In this document: positions 1 through 12,199 of the stretch, piece by piece | Numbering within the stretch: position 1 is the stretch's first letter | How the letters are laid out: each line of letters begins with the position of its first letter | Source of the DNA: Mobula hypostoma | Taxonomy: Eukaryota | Length of the DNA: 64,000 nt | NCBI RefSeq assembly: GCF_963921235.1 | Contig: NC_086097.1 | Coordinates: 167,526,001-167,590,000, forward strand | Reading direction: 5' to 3' | Translations under genes and position numbers: made by a program | The notes under the pieces: generated by a model | Database searches by the model: none | Told to the model about the DNA's origin: nothing | Seen by the model: only the letters and a program-made list of their open reading frames with translations

Positions 1-9
1 GTGCAAATA

Positions 10-550
10 TACTCTTAATGGCCACTTTATTAGGTACACCTATACACCGGTTCATTAATGCAAATATCTAATTAGCCGGTGATGTGGCAGCAACTCAAAG
101 CATAAAAGCATGCAGACATGGTCAAGAGGTTCAGTTATTGTTCAGACCAAACCTCAAATTGGGAAGAAATGTGATCTAAGTGACTTTGACCATGGAATGA
201 CTGTTGGTGCCGAATTAGGTGGTTTGAGTATCTCAAAACCTACTGTTCTCCTGGGATTTTCACACACAGCGGTCTCTAAGTTTTACAGAAAATAGTGCAA
301 AAAACATAAAAGCATCCAGTGAATGGCAGTTCTATGGGTTTATTAATGAGAGAGGTCGGAGGAGAATGGCCAGACTGGTTCAAGTTGACAGGAAGGTGAC
401 AGTAACTCAGATAACACATGTTACAACAGTGGTGTGCAGAAGAGCATCTCTGAATGCACAACATGTTGAATCTTAAACTGGATGGCCCACAGCAGCAGAA
501 GGCCACATCAGGTTCCACTGCTGATCCTGGTAAATTTGTCACTGAGTGTA
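10..550 (+). mobile_element. Non-autonomous Tc1-like DNA transposon (internally deleted)
   Basis: Left TIR-like tactcttaatggccactttattaggtac and right end gtcactgagtgta. ORF 110-295 contains GKKCDLSDFDHGMTVGA..GLSIS..LLGFSHTAVS, the N-terminal HTH of Tc1 transposases. Sibling copies at 37745, 40592, 55145. Confidence 0.8.
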
Positions 551-930
551 CATATTTATAAAGCAGATTAGATTAACAAATAATCTTCAAATAACTAGGG
601 GTCTTATTCTAACTTGATGAATACATCAGTATTAACTGCACTGCTTTGGAAATGCCTGATAAGAACATTGATTTTGTAGCTTGTTCTTTCAGAGATAGTC
701 GCTAGAAAACTGGGAATTTCAGAAAATGCTCAGCAATGCTTCCACTTACATTCAGATGAAGGATCTTGACCTAAAACGTTGACTGTTCATTTCCCTCCAC
801 AGGTGCTGCCTGACCCTTTGAGTCTGGTAAATAAAAAATTGGTTTATTGTTATCACATGTACCAAGATAAAGTGAAAACTTTGTTTGGATACCATCTGTA
901 GGAACCATTTCATTAGAACAGTGCATTGAA

Positions 931-1060
931 TTGAATTGACTTTATTTCTTACATCCTTCACATACATGAGGAGTAAAAATCTTTATGTTACGTCTCCATC
1001 TAAAAAAATAGATTTGGAATGGAGCTCACAACACAGCCGCCGTACGCGGCGCCATTTTGG
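931..1060 (-). mobile_element. 130-bp retroposon: GC-rich AAAATGGCG head fused to a Rex1-type 3' end with (ttcaa)n tail
   Basis: Flanked by TTGAA (926-930, 1061-1065). Reverse complement of 931-1003 matches the 3' end of the Rex1-like copy at ~33392-33463. Confidence 0.55.
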
Positions 1061-1899
1061 TTGAAGTAATATGAAGGAAAACAATAACAGAAAGCAGAAT
1101 GAACTGTCACAGATACAGAGACAGTGCAGTGCAGGCAGACAATGAGGTTCAAACTCTAATGAGACAGATTGTGAAGTCATGAGTCCACCTAATTGTACTA
1201 AAGGATTGTTCAAGCAGCCACCGGTTGTGGATGAAGAGGATTGACAGCAGCTGGGCCCTAAAATTACCCATGGGTGGCCAGATGTGAAGAAGGATGTACC
1301 TGGCACGCTGGGTCGCATTGCTGAGCTGGAGATGTAGTGGGCTTAAATTGAAGAAACATCTAAGTAGGGGACTGCCCACCTGATGTCCCCTGGGAAGCAT
1401 CAGCCACCCACCAAGCCCCACTTCAACTTCTCTGCCCTATGCTATGCTGAGTTTGGATCTGCTTATCAAAGGGATTGAAACATCTGGTCCTATGAGCTTG
1501 AACCATTATAACAGTGGGATGGAAGCAATCCTTGAAACTGATGATATGTACTTACGGGTTTTTGTAGCCTAATGGGAGACAGGAGAGGACAAAATGTCCA
1601 AAGCACCTGTCTGATATTCCAGGTTCCAGCATCAGCAATGCCTTGCGTCTCCATGATCCCTCCGCTATTTCCAGGGCTACTTCCATTCATACACTGCAAT
1701 GCAGATTATCAAAACCTGAGGAATTATGAGCATTTAGTCCCATCCTTAATTTTAATTTCCTTCAGTTTCTCCCTCTCTTTAGACCATCGGTTTCCTAACA
1801 CACCTGAGGGATTTTTGCCCCCCACCCCACCCGCCTTTGTAAACACAATCAAATATCAGTGTTGTGCCTCCTCTTCAATCCTGGTTATAATATCAGCCG

Positions 1900-2094
1900 A
1901 CATACATCAAAGTTGCTGGTGAACGCAGCAGGCCAGGCAGCATCTATAGGAAGAGGCGCAGTCGACTAGTCCTGACGAAGGGTCTCGGCCTGAAACGTCG
2001 ACTGCGCCTCTTCCTATAGATGCTGCCTGGCCTGCTGCGTTCACCAGCAACTTTGATGTATGTTGCTTGAATTTCCAGCATCTGCAGAATTCCT
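1900..2094 (+). mobile_element. Penelope-like (PLE)-derived fold-back insertion with 16-bp TSD
   Basis: TSD GTTATAATATCAGCCG at 1884-1899 and 2095-2110. Perfect 67-bp inverted repeat 1900-1966 / 1997-2063. An inverted truncated terminal repeat is typical of PLE insertions. Confidence 0.8.
1967..2004 (+). ncRNA. Minimal type-I hammerhead ribozyme motif
   Basis: Stem I UAGUC(1967-71)/GACUG(2000-04); core CUGACGA(1972-78); stem II AGG/CCU; GAAA(1992-95); palindromic ACGU in place of stem III; GUC triplet (1997-99). Confidence 0.7.
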
Positions 2095-2359
2095 GTTATA
2101 ATATCAGCCGGTTTTGATTGTACCTTCACCAATCTTTTTCTCTTCAATTGTTTTAATAGGTTTTTACAGTCAATTTTTATGCTCTCTGCAAACGAATTAT
2201 TTTTAGATAACCGGAGGTTCATTCTTCTGATTGGATCATGGTCTGTCTGCATCTACTCCATTGCTTTGGAAATTCATGCCAAAAAAAAACAAAACAAAAC
2301 AATGTTTTTGCTGCTGGTTCCTTCAGAACTATTGGCTAGAAAACTGTGAATTTCAGAAC

Positions 2360-2700
2360 TGGGTGACACAGTCGTACAGCTGGTGGTGTGGATAAAGTGA
2401 CATACCTGCCCCTTCACACCTCTGATCCTGATCTCCGTGTGGAATTTGCACATTCTCCCTGTGTCCTCACTGGTGTCCTCCAGGTGCTCTGTTTCCTCCT
2501 GCATCCTAAAGACATGCAGATGGGTCGGTAATCGTCTACCGTTGCCCCTAGTATGTAGGTGAGTGGGAAATTGATTGAAATGTGGGAGGGAGTGGGGGAG
2601 TAAGTGGGTCTGGTGTCAAATTGGCATAAGTGGCTAGTTGATGGTTAGAGTGGACTCGTAAGTCCAAAGGTGTCAGTAGTTGGTGACAGTGTGACTCTAA
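2360..2700 (+). mobile_element. V-SINE (HE1-like tRNA-derived SINE), degenerate
   Basis: V-domain-like gtgtggaatttgcacattctccctgtgtcc...cctccaggtgctctgtttcctcctgcatcctaaagac followed by a CR1-like tail. Boundaries approximate. Confidence 0.65.
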
Positions 2701-3467
2701 TTATCTTCTTATCTGACGTTGTCTCCCAGCACTGCAAAGATAAATATGTGTATGACAGTTTGCGTACAAATTGACTAATAGAGCCATTTTGTGTGTTTTG
2801 AGTTCTCTCACTTCACTCCAACTGACAACAAAGTCCCTCATATCAAATACGTGTTAATGTTTCAAAAAAAAGTAATTGTTTTCGTGAAAGAGACCTTAAA
2901 TTTCATCCCTCTTTGTGGCAAATCATGCATGTGCTCTCAGAATTTCATTTCCACAGAATTTCATGCCATCAGTAAGTCTACACAACACAGTAGGTAGTAT
3001 TCTCAACTCAATGCCTGTAGGTCCTTGGTTCAAGGCCCACTTTAGAGATTTAAATACATTGATCTACGCTGACAAAAAACTAAAATACTGTATAAATCTT
3101 GTTATCCAACCTGTGCTAATAACAAGCATTTCCGAGGAGTGGCTGAATCAGGCATCAACTATGGGGAGAAAAACTGATAATATTTTAAGGTGACAATGTT
3201 TCATCAGAACAGGGAGAATTTATTTTAAGTTGCAGAAAAATGGGGAAAGGTGTAAAGAATGCAGGAGAAGGAATGTGATGGCGTGGAGAGCAGAAGGGGT
3301 TGGATGACACCAGCATGATGGTGCTGCCTGAAGGGTGGTCGGAGAGAATGGTGAATGGGTTTAACCCAAAAGCATTGACAATTACTTCACCCACACAGAT
3401 GCTCTCAGTCCACTGAGTTCCTCCAGCAGCTTGTTGCTTTATCTCAAAAAGATTATCTGTATACATT

Positions 3468-3818
3468 ATCATGTATGAGATGATGAGAGGCATTGATCGT
3501 GTGGATAGTCAGAGGCTTTTTCCCAGGGCTGAAATGGTTGCCACAAGAGGACACAGGTTTAAGGTGCTGGGGAGTAGGTACAGAGGAGATGTCAGGGGTA
3601 AGTTTTTTACTCAGAGTGGTGAGTGCGTGGAATGGGCTGCCGGCAACGGTGGTGGTGGATACGATAGGGTCTTTTAAGAGACTTTTGGATAGGTACATGG
3701 GGCTTAGAGAAAAGAGCACTATAGGTAAGCCTAGTAATTTCTAAGGTAGAGACATGTTCCGCACAACTTTGTGGGCTGAAGGGCCTGTATTGTGCTGTAG
3801 GTTTTCTATGTTTCTATG
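3468..3818 (+). mobile_element. CR1 LINE 3' end (5'-truncated)
   Basis: ORF2 C-terminus YEMMRGIDRVDSQRLFPR..TRGHRFKV; (tttctatg)2 tail. Confidence 0.85.
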
Positions 3819-4129
3819 CATAATCATATAAGAGGAAAGAACTGAATGAACACGAAACAGTAGGACCATTCAGCCCATGATGAAGCAATGAATCTAATGA
3901 TGTCTAATTAATTAATCTTTTCTCTCTCTCCATATGATCTATATCAATGGTTTCAAAGGTTTCAAAGGTACAATTTAATGTCAGAGAAATGTATACAATA
4001 TACATCCTGAAATGCTTTTTCTTCGCAACCATCCACAAAAACAGAGGAGTGCCCCAAAGCATGAACTACAGTCAAATGTTAGAACCCCTAAGTACCCCCC
4101 AGCCATCCATTCTTTCCATATTCATTATC

Positions 4130-5190
4130 TATTTGAGAGACTCTTAAACACTTCTATCATATCTGCCTCCACCACCTCTGATAGCACATTCCAGAGACCA
4201 ACCGTGCTCTGTGTGAAAAACTGGCCCCACAGATCTCCTTTGAACCCACCCACCTCCCCACCTCCCCAACTTAAATGCAAACCCTTTTGTATTAGACATT
4301 TTGATCCAGGGAAAAGATACTAGCTGTCTACACAATCTATGACTCTCCTTCTCATGATTTTATAAGCTTCTGTCAGGTCTCCCCTCAGCCTCTGCGGCTT
4401 CAGAGAAAACATCCCTGGTTTGTCCAGCCTCACCTTGTTACAAATTCCCTCTAATCCAGACAGCATCCTGGTAAGCATGTTCTTGCCATTTTCCAAAGAA
4501 TGAAATCTGAATTTGCCAGAAGAGGAGAGAGATAATAAAGGTGAATACTAGATATAAGACATAGGAGCAAAATTAGGCCATTTGGCCCATTGGGTCTGCT
4601 CCACCATTCAATCATGGCTGATTTATTTTCCGTCTCAATCCCATTCTCTTGCCTTCGCCCCATAATCTTCTTGATCAAGAATCTATCAATCTCTCATTTG
4701 AATATACTCAATGACACAGCCTCCACAGCAGTCTGGAGCAATGAGTTCCACAAATTCTCCACCCTCTAGCTGAACAAATCCTCCTTATCTTTGTTATAAA
4801 GGGACATCCTTCTATTCTGAGGTAGGTCTTAGACCCTCCCATTATTTAAAACATCCTCTCTGTGTCCACTTTATCTGGATCTTTCAAAATTTGGTATGTT
4901 TCCCTCATTCTTCTAAAGTCTAGTGAGTACAGGACCGGAGCCTTTAAATGCTCCATGCATGATAATCCTCTCATCCCCAAGATCATCCTCTGGACCCTCT
5001 CCAATGCCCGCAGATCCGCTCTTAGTTATAGGGTCTAAAACTGCCCTGAATACTCCAAATGAGTTCTGACCAATGCCTTATAAAGTCCCTGCATTATGTC
5101 CTTGCTTTCATATCCTGGTCCTCTCAAAATCAATACTAACATTGCATTTGCCTTCCTTACAACTGACTCAACCTGCAAAGTAAGCTTACA
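4130..5190 (-). mobile_element. Degenerate CR1 3' fragments (at least two)
   Basis: Reverse-complement CR1 3' UTR starting taagacataggagc at ~4555, plus ORF2 C-terminal remnants. Boundaries approximate. Confidence 0.7.
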
Positions 5191-5235
5191 TGACGAGAGA
5201 CAGGACTGAGATGGCTGGATGGTTTATTATCTTGA

Positions 5236-5365
5236 GGCCTGAGGAAGGGTCTCGGCCTGAAACTTCAACTGTACTCTTTTCCATAGATGCCACCTGGCCT
5301 GCTGAGTTCCTCCAGCATTTTGTGTGTGTTGCTTGGATTTCCAGCATCTGCAGATGTTCTCTTGT
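5236..5365 (+). mobile_element. PLE-derived short repeat with degenerate hammerhead core
   Basis: cCTGAGGAagggtctcggcctGAAActtc followed by tagatgccacctggcctgctgagttcctccagc...ttccagcatctgcaga, homologous to 1967-2094. Confidence 0.75.
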
Positions 5366-5623
5366 TTATTATCTGAAACTGTTTTGACTTTGATGTTGAA
5401 TCTGGAAAACTGTAATGTTCCTAATGGGAGGGCAAGCTGCTGTTCCTGGAGCTTCTTTGGTGAAAGACAGTGAGGTCCAGGTAGGAATGGTTGCATAAGG
5501 CTCTGCCTATATCCACACCAGTCACTGGGTCCTCTCCCTCCTTCTGACATGAAAATGATCACAACAGTCAGTGAATAGACTGGGAATAGATTCAGCGCTC
5601 TGTTACTTCCAATCAATTTTTCA

Positions 5624-5802
5624 TGTAATGATTTGCACCTCTAAACATGAAAACTAATCAAAAGGAAAACAAGAGAGCCACAAGTTAACTCGTGTACATT
5701 CTTAGTTTTATTCTTAGCAAGATGTGGTAACCTCATGACATATGCAGTTCACAAATGTTTACAATATTACTCAAATATTACTGAAATATTAAATACATAA
5801 CA
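5624..5802 (-). mobile_element. Solo LTR (Gypsy-type), 179 bp
   Basis: TG...CA ends; terminal IR tgtaatg/cataaca; 5-bp TSD TTTCA (5619-5623, 5803-5807); AATAAA on the minus strand. Confidence 0.75.
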
Positions 5803-8335
5803 TTTCACAAGGCATCATTTCTTGAGTGAGAAGCAATGTGGGATTGGTGGCACGTGGACACACTGAACAATGGCGTTTAAGGTGTTGACATTGCTGACAC
5901 CAACTCACTTTGTTTGGCTGTAGCCAGTTCAACCCACTTCATCTGTAACTGCAAATCAGCAAATACATGAAAATGGCAAGCCATCCTAAGGCGACCTCAT
6001 TGACCGGAATATCAATAAAAAAGCGGTAATGTCATTGATCGCTAGTCAAAAGAATACAGAAATTACAACTCTTGAGGTAATGGGCTATCTAGACAATCTA
6101 TATCATGGAATAAGATTAGTCTGAAACACTGGCAAAGTAAGATGTATTCAAATAACATAACAAAATGTTGATATCGATAAAATTACTCTGAATACCTCAT
6201 GACTAACAACATTTCCACTGATTCTGCAAGTTGCAGAAAAGTTTAGATGACAGAGAAGGTCAATGAAAAGTCAAATTTGCCGATGATGGGTTTACAACAT
6301 TTTCGAATCATGGCCCAGTTACCAGCACAGAAAATGCAGGCCAATTTTACAAAGGACATCAAATTTTACATTGATTTTGATAGAAGGAGGTGGTTTATAT
6401 CATAAAAGAACCATTCTTCCTCTGACTTCTATAATCCACAGTAAAATCAGGCAAAACACATACTGGTTTAGCCAGAAAGAATAGGGAGATAACAGCCGAA
6501 AAATATTATTCACATTTGTGTCCGCCCCCATTATCTCTGAAAGCCGAGTGAAATTGAGCTCATAAAATAATATTAACATTTAGAAAATTAAAGCAAGCTA
6601 TGGGACTCAATAGAAATCACAGAGTCTTGGAGTCCTACCACAAAATCTACAATCCATCTGCAGCTAGTTCTTAGGGTGCAGACCATCAAGACATGGCAAC
6701 TTAGTCACCTCTACTCCCAAGTTTTTCAGATACATTTTCCTCTGTAAAACTGATTGCTACAAGTGCTTCCTTAGTATATGAAAGTAGCCCATCCGAAATC
6801 TTTGGGATGTTCACAGTGTCCTGTGCGGAAACTGATGAAAGGCAATATAGCTGTCACTCCCCCATTTCAGAATCAGAATCAGAATCAGATTTCTTGCCAC
6901 GTACATAAGTTATGAAATCTGTTGTCTTGTGACAGCATTATAATGCAGGCCTAACACATTACTATAAATTATAATAAAAATAAATAAAGCAAAAGTGCAA
7001 AAGAGGAATAATGAGGTAGTGCTCATGGACCATTCAGAAATTTGATGATAGAGGGAAAACATTGAGTATGGGTCTTCAGTCTCCTGTCATCTCCTCCTAG
7101 ATGGTAGAAATAAGAAGAGTGCATGTCCCAGGTTGTGAGGGTCCTTAATGATGAATGCCGCCTTCTTGGGGCACTACATTTGGAAGATGTCCTCAGAGGT
7201 GGGGAGGCTTGTTCTTGTTACTTATTCATAAATTTCACTCTCTAACAAATCCCATTCTTACCTTAGCTGTCCTCTTACTTTTCATAAATTGATATTCACT
7301 GTCTTCAAGTCATCTCATAATCAATTTTCTCCTTTCTGATTAACATTTTAGTCTCTCACTGATGGTTCTTTTAAAATTCCCCATCTCTGGTCTATCACCA
7401 TCAGTTGCCACTTTATATGTTCGAATCTTTGATTTAATATTCCCTTTGACCTTCTTTGTTAACCATGGATGGTTCAACTTTCTCCTGGGGCTGGTACTGT
7501 ACTGTAGCCACAATACATCAAATTTCACATCATATAAGCCAGTGATAATAAACCTGATTCTGTTTCTAATTCCAATGGTAAACCCTAGGATGCTGGCTGT
7601 AGAGCATAGACCATTGACCAGCACAAGCCCCTCGGCCCGTGATGCTGTGTGACCTCTTAACCTACTCTATGGTCAATCTAGCCCTTCCCTGCCACATAGT
7701 CCACAACCCTCTATTTCTTGACATCCATGTAAGAGTCTCTTAAATATCCATGTTATAATAGCACCCCCAGCAGTATGTTCCAGGCACCTAACATTTTCTA
7801 TGTAAAAAAACCTACCTCTGACACCTCTGGTGGCAGAGTCAGAAATTAGAATTTCATTACGTGTCAATGGCTGGTGGTTAGTCACAGTCTTAGAAGGACT
7901 CTGTGGCACAAGTGTGCCCATTGCCATTTAACTACCCATGCCTGAATCTTGTCTTGCTTCTGTTCCGTGTTATGGGAGAACTCTTTTGCATCAAAACATG
8001 TTTGGAAGTTGGAAGGTGCCAGCCTGCACAGAAGTAGGCAGCTCAAACAAAGCTGGACCAGATTCCCAAGGTAGGGCAATCAAGCCTGAGGACTCCCTGG
8101 ACTGCTCTCCACCCTCACTCAAAAACTCACATGGTCATAAGGACCAGAAGGAAGGGAGGGAGGGAGAGGGGAGGGAAAGAGAAGAGAGAGAAAGACCAGA
8201 GAAGAGGTTGCTAGAATGAGAAGGCATGAATTATAGGCAAAGGTTGTCCAGGCTAAGTCTTTGTTCCTAGGAGTGTAGGAAAGTGAGCAGTGACTTGTCA
8301 TGGTGTTTAAAATTATGAGAAGCATAGAGAAGGTG

Positions 8336-8646
8336 GGCACATGGCCAAGTGGTTAAGGCATTCGAATAGCGATCTGAAGGTCATGAGTCCGAGCCCCAGC
8401 CGAGGCAGCGTTTTGTGTCCTTGAGCAAGGCACTTAACCACACATTGCGCTGCGACGACACTGGTGCCAAGCTATATTGGCCCTTGCCCTTCCCTTGGAC
8501 ATCATCAGTGTCGTTAAGAGGGGAGACTTGCAGCATGGGCAAATGCTGGTCTTCCATACAACCTTGCCCAGGTCTGCGCCCTGGAGAGTGAAGACTTTCC
8601 AGGTGCAGATCCATGGTCTCGCAAGACTAATGGATGCATTAAAAAA
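8336..8646 (+). mobile_element. tRNA-derived SINE with CORE-like domain, inserted in a CR1 3' fragment (~8215-8970)
   Basis: A-box TGGCCAAGTGG; degenerate B-box gagtccgagccc; CORE-like gtgtccttgagcaaggcacttaacc; A tail; TSD AAGGTG (8330-8335, 8647-8652). Confidence 0.8.
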
Positions 8647-9917
8647 AAGGTGAATGGTAATAGTCTTTTCTCTAGGGTAGGGGAGTCCAGAATTGTGGGG
8701 CGTAGTCTCAGGGTGAAAGTGGAATAATTAAAAGGGACCTGAGGGGCCACCATATCACATAATAGGTGTTGAGTATATTAAGTGAGCTGGTTGAGGTTAG
8801 TACAATAGCATCATTTAAGAAGTACTTGATGGAAAGACAGGACTTGGAGGGATATGGGTCAAGCACAGGAAATTGAAACTAGTCAGGTGGGCGCTACATC
8901 AGTATGGACTGGTTGGGCCAAATGAAGGGCCTGAATCCATGTTGTCTTTCTCTGTCTCTTTGACTCTAAGATGGAAGCTGGGGAAGAGGAGAGAGGAAGA
9001 AGGTCAGAAAAGAAATGGGGGTAAGTGACAGGAACCAGAAGAAGGAAAGAAAATGATTTATATTCAGGATGTGGATATCATTAGCTAGGCCATCATTGCC
9101 TATTCTTAATTGACATTCAACTTGAATTCCTACCTAAACCTAGGTTTCTATACAAAGATGAGTCCACGACAAGAGAAAGTATTCTTTTCCTTTGATCATA
9201 TCAGTGAACAAGATTACCCTTACTAATACTGACTTTTCATTCAGGTATATGTAATTAGTTGAATTCAATGTCTAAGAAAGAAAGGACAGCTTTTTTATGC
9301 ACTCAGGATGTCCCATAGAATAAGTACCTAATGAATATTTTAAAATGAATACCATTGTAAACTCAGTTATCATGACAATTTACACTCAACACACTCATAC
9401 AAGTCAAATATCAAATGGAAGCTACCTTTACACGGATACCCATGGGAAAGATAATTTGTGAGTTTTATTTGCATTTACACTTTTAGCAAAACAATAATTC
9501 CTTTTTTTTTACTGGAGACAAGCTTGAATGAATTATATTCATCATTTCACTGTGTGTGAGAGACAAGAGATGAACTCTGGCCAGAATAGTAATGTTTATA
9601 ACACGATCATTGAATTGTTCCTCATCATGCAACATTTCCTATGGGCTGAGTTCACATGGACACATGCAAAATTTATGCCTGTAGATTTATTCCCGGAAAC
9701 ACTCTGTTCATATACACTTGACACTTGATGCTTTTAAACATTAAATTAATTCTGAATAATCAATGCAGTTTGGAAACTTTCTTGGCACTAATTAATTTTC
9801 TAATGTTGAACAATGTATGATTTTTTATTTACTTGTTGAATGTGGATGTTGTTGATATTATCATAATTTATTGCCCTTCCCTAACTGCTCGTAAACTGAG
9901 AATACAGTAAAGAATCA

Positions 9918-10132
9918 TGGTCACCAAATTACAGGAAGGATATTAATAAGGTTGAAAGAGTGCAGAGAAGGTTTACAAGGAAGTTGCCGGGACTTGAGAA
10001 AGTGAGTTACAGAGAAAGGTTGAATAGGTTAGGACTTTATACCCTGGAGCGTAGAAAAATGAGGGGAGATTTGATAGAGGTATATAAAATTATGATGGGT
10101 ATAGATAGAGTGAATGCAAGCAGGCTTTTTCC
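9918..10132 (+). mobile_element. Internal CR1 ORF2 fragment, young
   Basis: 215 bp with 6 mismatches to 34274-34488; encodes QRRFTRKLPGLEKVSYRERLNRLGLY. Confidence 0.9.
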
Positions 10133-10139
10133 TGTTTTT

Positions 10140-11130
10140 GTTTCATTTTCCAAGTTGATCTAGATCCTGTTGTAACCTTAGTCAAACTTCTTCACTGCCC
10201 AATATATCACGAACTTTGGTGTCATCTGAAAACTTACTTATCAATACATTCTCTTCAAAATCAATATATGTCATCTCCTCCCACAGCACTCCTCTGGCTA
10301 CAAGTCTCCAATGTGCCCACAATACTACAGTGCACCAATACACCAATGCCTTATAGAGCCTCAGCATTACATCCTTGCTTTTATATCCTCCGAAATGAAT
10401 GTTAACAATGCATTTGCCTTCCTTACTACTTACTCAATCTGCAAGTTTACCTTTAGGGAATCCTGCAAACTCCCAAGTCCTTGCAATCTCTGATTTCTTA
10501 ATTTCCTCCCCGTTTACTCAATAGTCTATGTCTTTATTCCTTCTACCAAAGTGCATGACCATACACTTCTCTACCAACTATTCCATCTGCCACTTCTTTG
10601 CCCATTCTCCTAATCTGTCTAAGTCTTCGGCAGACTCCCAGCTTCCTCAATACGACCCGCCCCTCCACCTATCTTTTATTGTATGCAAACTTGGCCGCAA
10701 AGCCAGTAATTAGATCATCCAAGGTGCATATTAATTCCTCTCAAGTTCAGGTGTAACCTGTTATTTTTGTACAGGCCATACATTCTCCAGAAGAGATCCC
10801 AATGATTCAGAAACCTGAAACATTGGCCTCTTCACCAATTCCTCAGCCACACGTTCATTTGCCAGATCATTCTATTCTTACCATTACTGGCCCATGGCAC
10901 AGGAAGAGATTATAAAGAGATTATAACTCTGGAGGTACTGCTTTTCAGCTTTCTGCCTAATTCCCTATATTCTCTCTTCAGGACCTTGTCCCTTTTCCTG
11001 CCAATATTGTTAGTACTGATATGTACCATGACACTGTTTGTTTATCCTCCATCTTTAGATGCTATGGATCTGCTCAGAGACATCCCTGATGCTAACACCT
11101 GGATGGCTACATACTATCTGGGTGTGTCAT
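10140..11130 (-). mobile_element. Degenerate CR1 fragments (RT and ORF1 pieces)
   Basis: Minus-strand ISKFSDDTKV motif near 10200-10250; 10735-11130 is antisense-similar to the CR1 ORF1 region at 12550-13000. Confidence 0.65.
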
Positions 11131-11133
11131 ATG

Positions 11134-11910
11134 TGTAACCGGGTGACCGTCAGATCTTATTCAGCATCGTTAAAAGTGTACTTAGGCAGCCATCCAGGTA
11201 ATGCTAGAATAGTTGTCTGTGCCTTTAAGGGAGACGGTGATGTCATTACACACATGCGGGATAGTGGGGAGACCATTTTGCTTTCTGCTGAAGACGTGGT
11301 AAGGTGTTGGAATTTGGGCTCCTCCCGAGGCTGGGCATGGTGAGGAAAGGTGAGCATTAATTGAAAATATCCATGTGAATTTGTATATGCTTGTTGGCGG
11401 ATTGAGAATATCGGTAATTTGACATGTTTTACATGTGGATGCTTTAGGTTTCCATGAGCAAAGAAATCAACGCTGGGTAGCGTGGCTTATACCAAGTTCC
11501 TCACCAGCCAAGTAGGTCAGTCTTCCTGTAATTTAACTACCAGGCAATACCTTGTAAAAGTTGTGCCAAAGTGTACCTTTTGTCTAACTTGATTGTATCA
11601 GGACTGATGGTGCATGTAACCGCGTAACGTGAATGTTTAGTCTCTGTTCGGAAGTTCAGCACGTGTGTACGTCTTAGTTGAGATGTATTCGCTTACATTT
11701 TTCGCTGTTATGTATAAGATGCAGGGTGGGTGGGATTCTAATGTTGTTTGTATTTTGTTCCTTCAGGGTTGTAACTGCAAGGACTGTTTGTAAATTCGTT
11801 CATATTGTTCCACGACCCTCTACTGGCACTTAAACATCGAAAACCGATAAAGGAATTAAAACCCAAAAAAGTCTTTGTTGTCCTGAGCGTGTACCTTTCC
11901 CCAGGCTACA
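11134..11910 (+). mobile_element. Solo LTR, 777 bp
   Basis: Starts TGTAACCGGG, ends CCAGGCTACA (8/10 inverted match); 4-bp TSD TATG (11130-11133, 11911-11914); ATTAAA near the 3' end; relatively CpG-rich. Confidence 0.8.
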
Positions 11911-12199
11911 TATGTTTAAATAAGATTGCCCCTTTTTTGAAACTCTAATGAATCTAAACCCACTCAACCTTTCCTCATAGAATATGGAGGACAGACTGGA
12001 TGAGCAGCCTATTCCCATTCCTGATTCATGTGTTTGTGTGCATCTATCTCTCTCCTCAGTTCGAAGAAAAGGCTCTCAGTCTTCTTCTCCTTTTTAACAA
12101 ATTATGCTTCTGAATATAAGCTATATGACAAATTGTTTGTGTTGATTGATTATTGGGAGTGGATTCCTTTCTTATATTTTATTTAAGATGAATCCTTTT

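Noticed and set aside
5820..6860. Exons in 1 kb of unique sequence
   Set aside because: No ORF of 60 aa or more and only weak splice-site pairs; nothing recognisable.
8336..8410. tRNA gene
   Set aside because: It is a SINE head continuing into a CORE-like body and A tail with a TSD.
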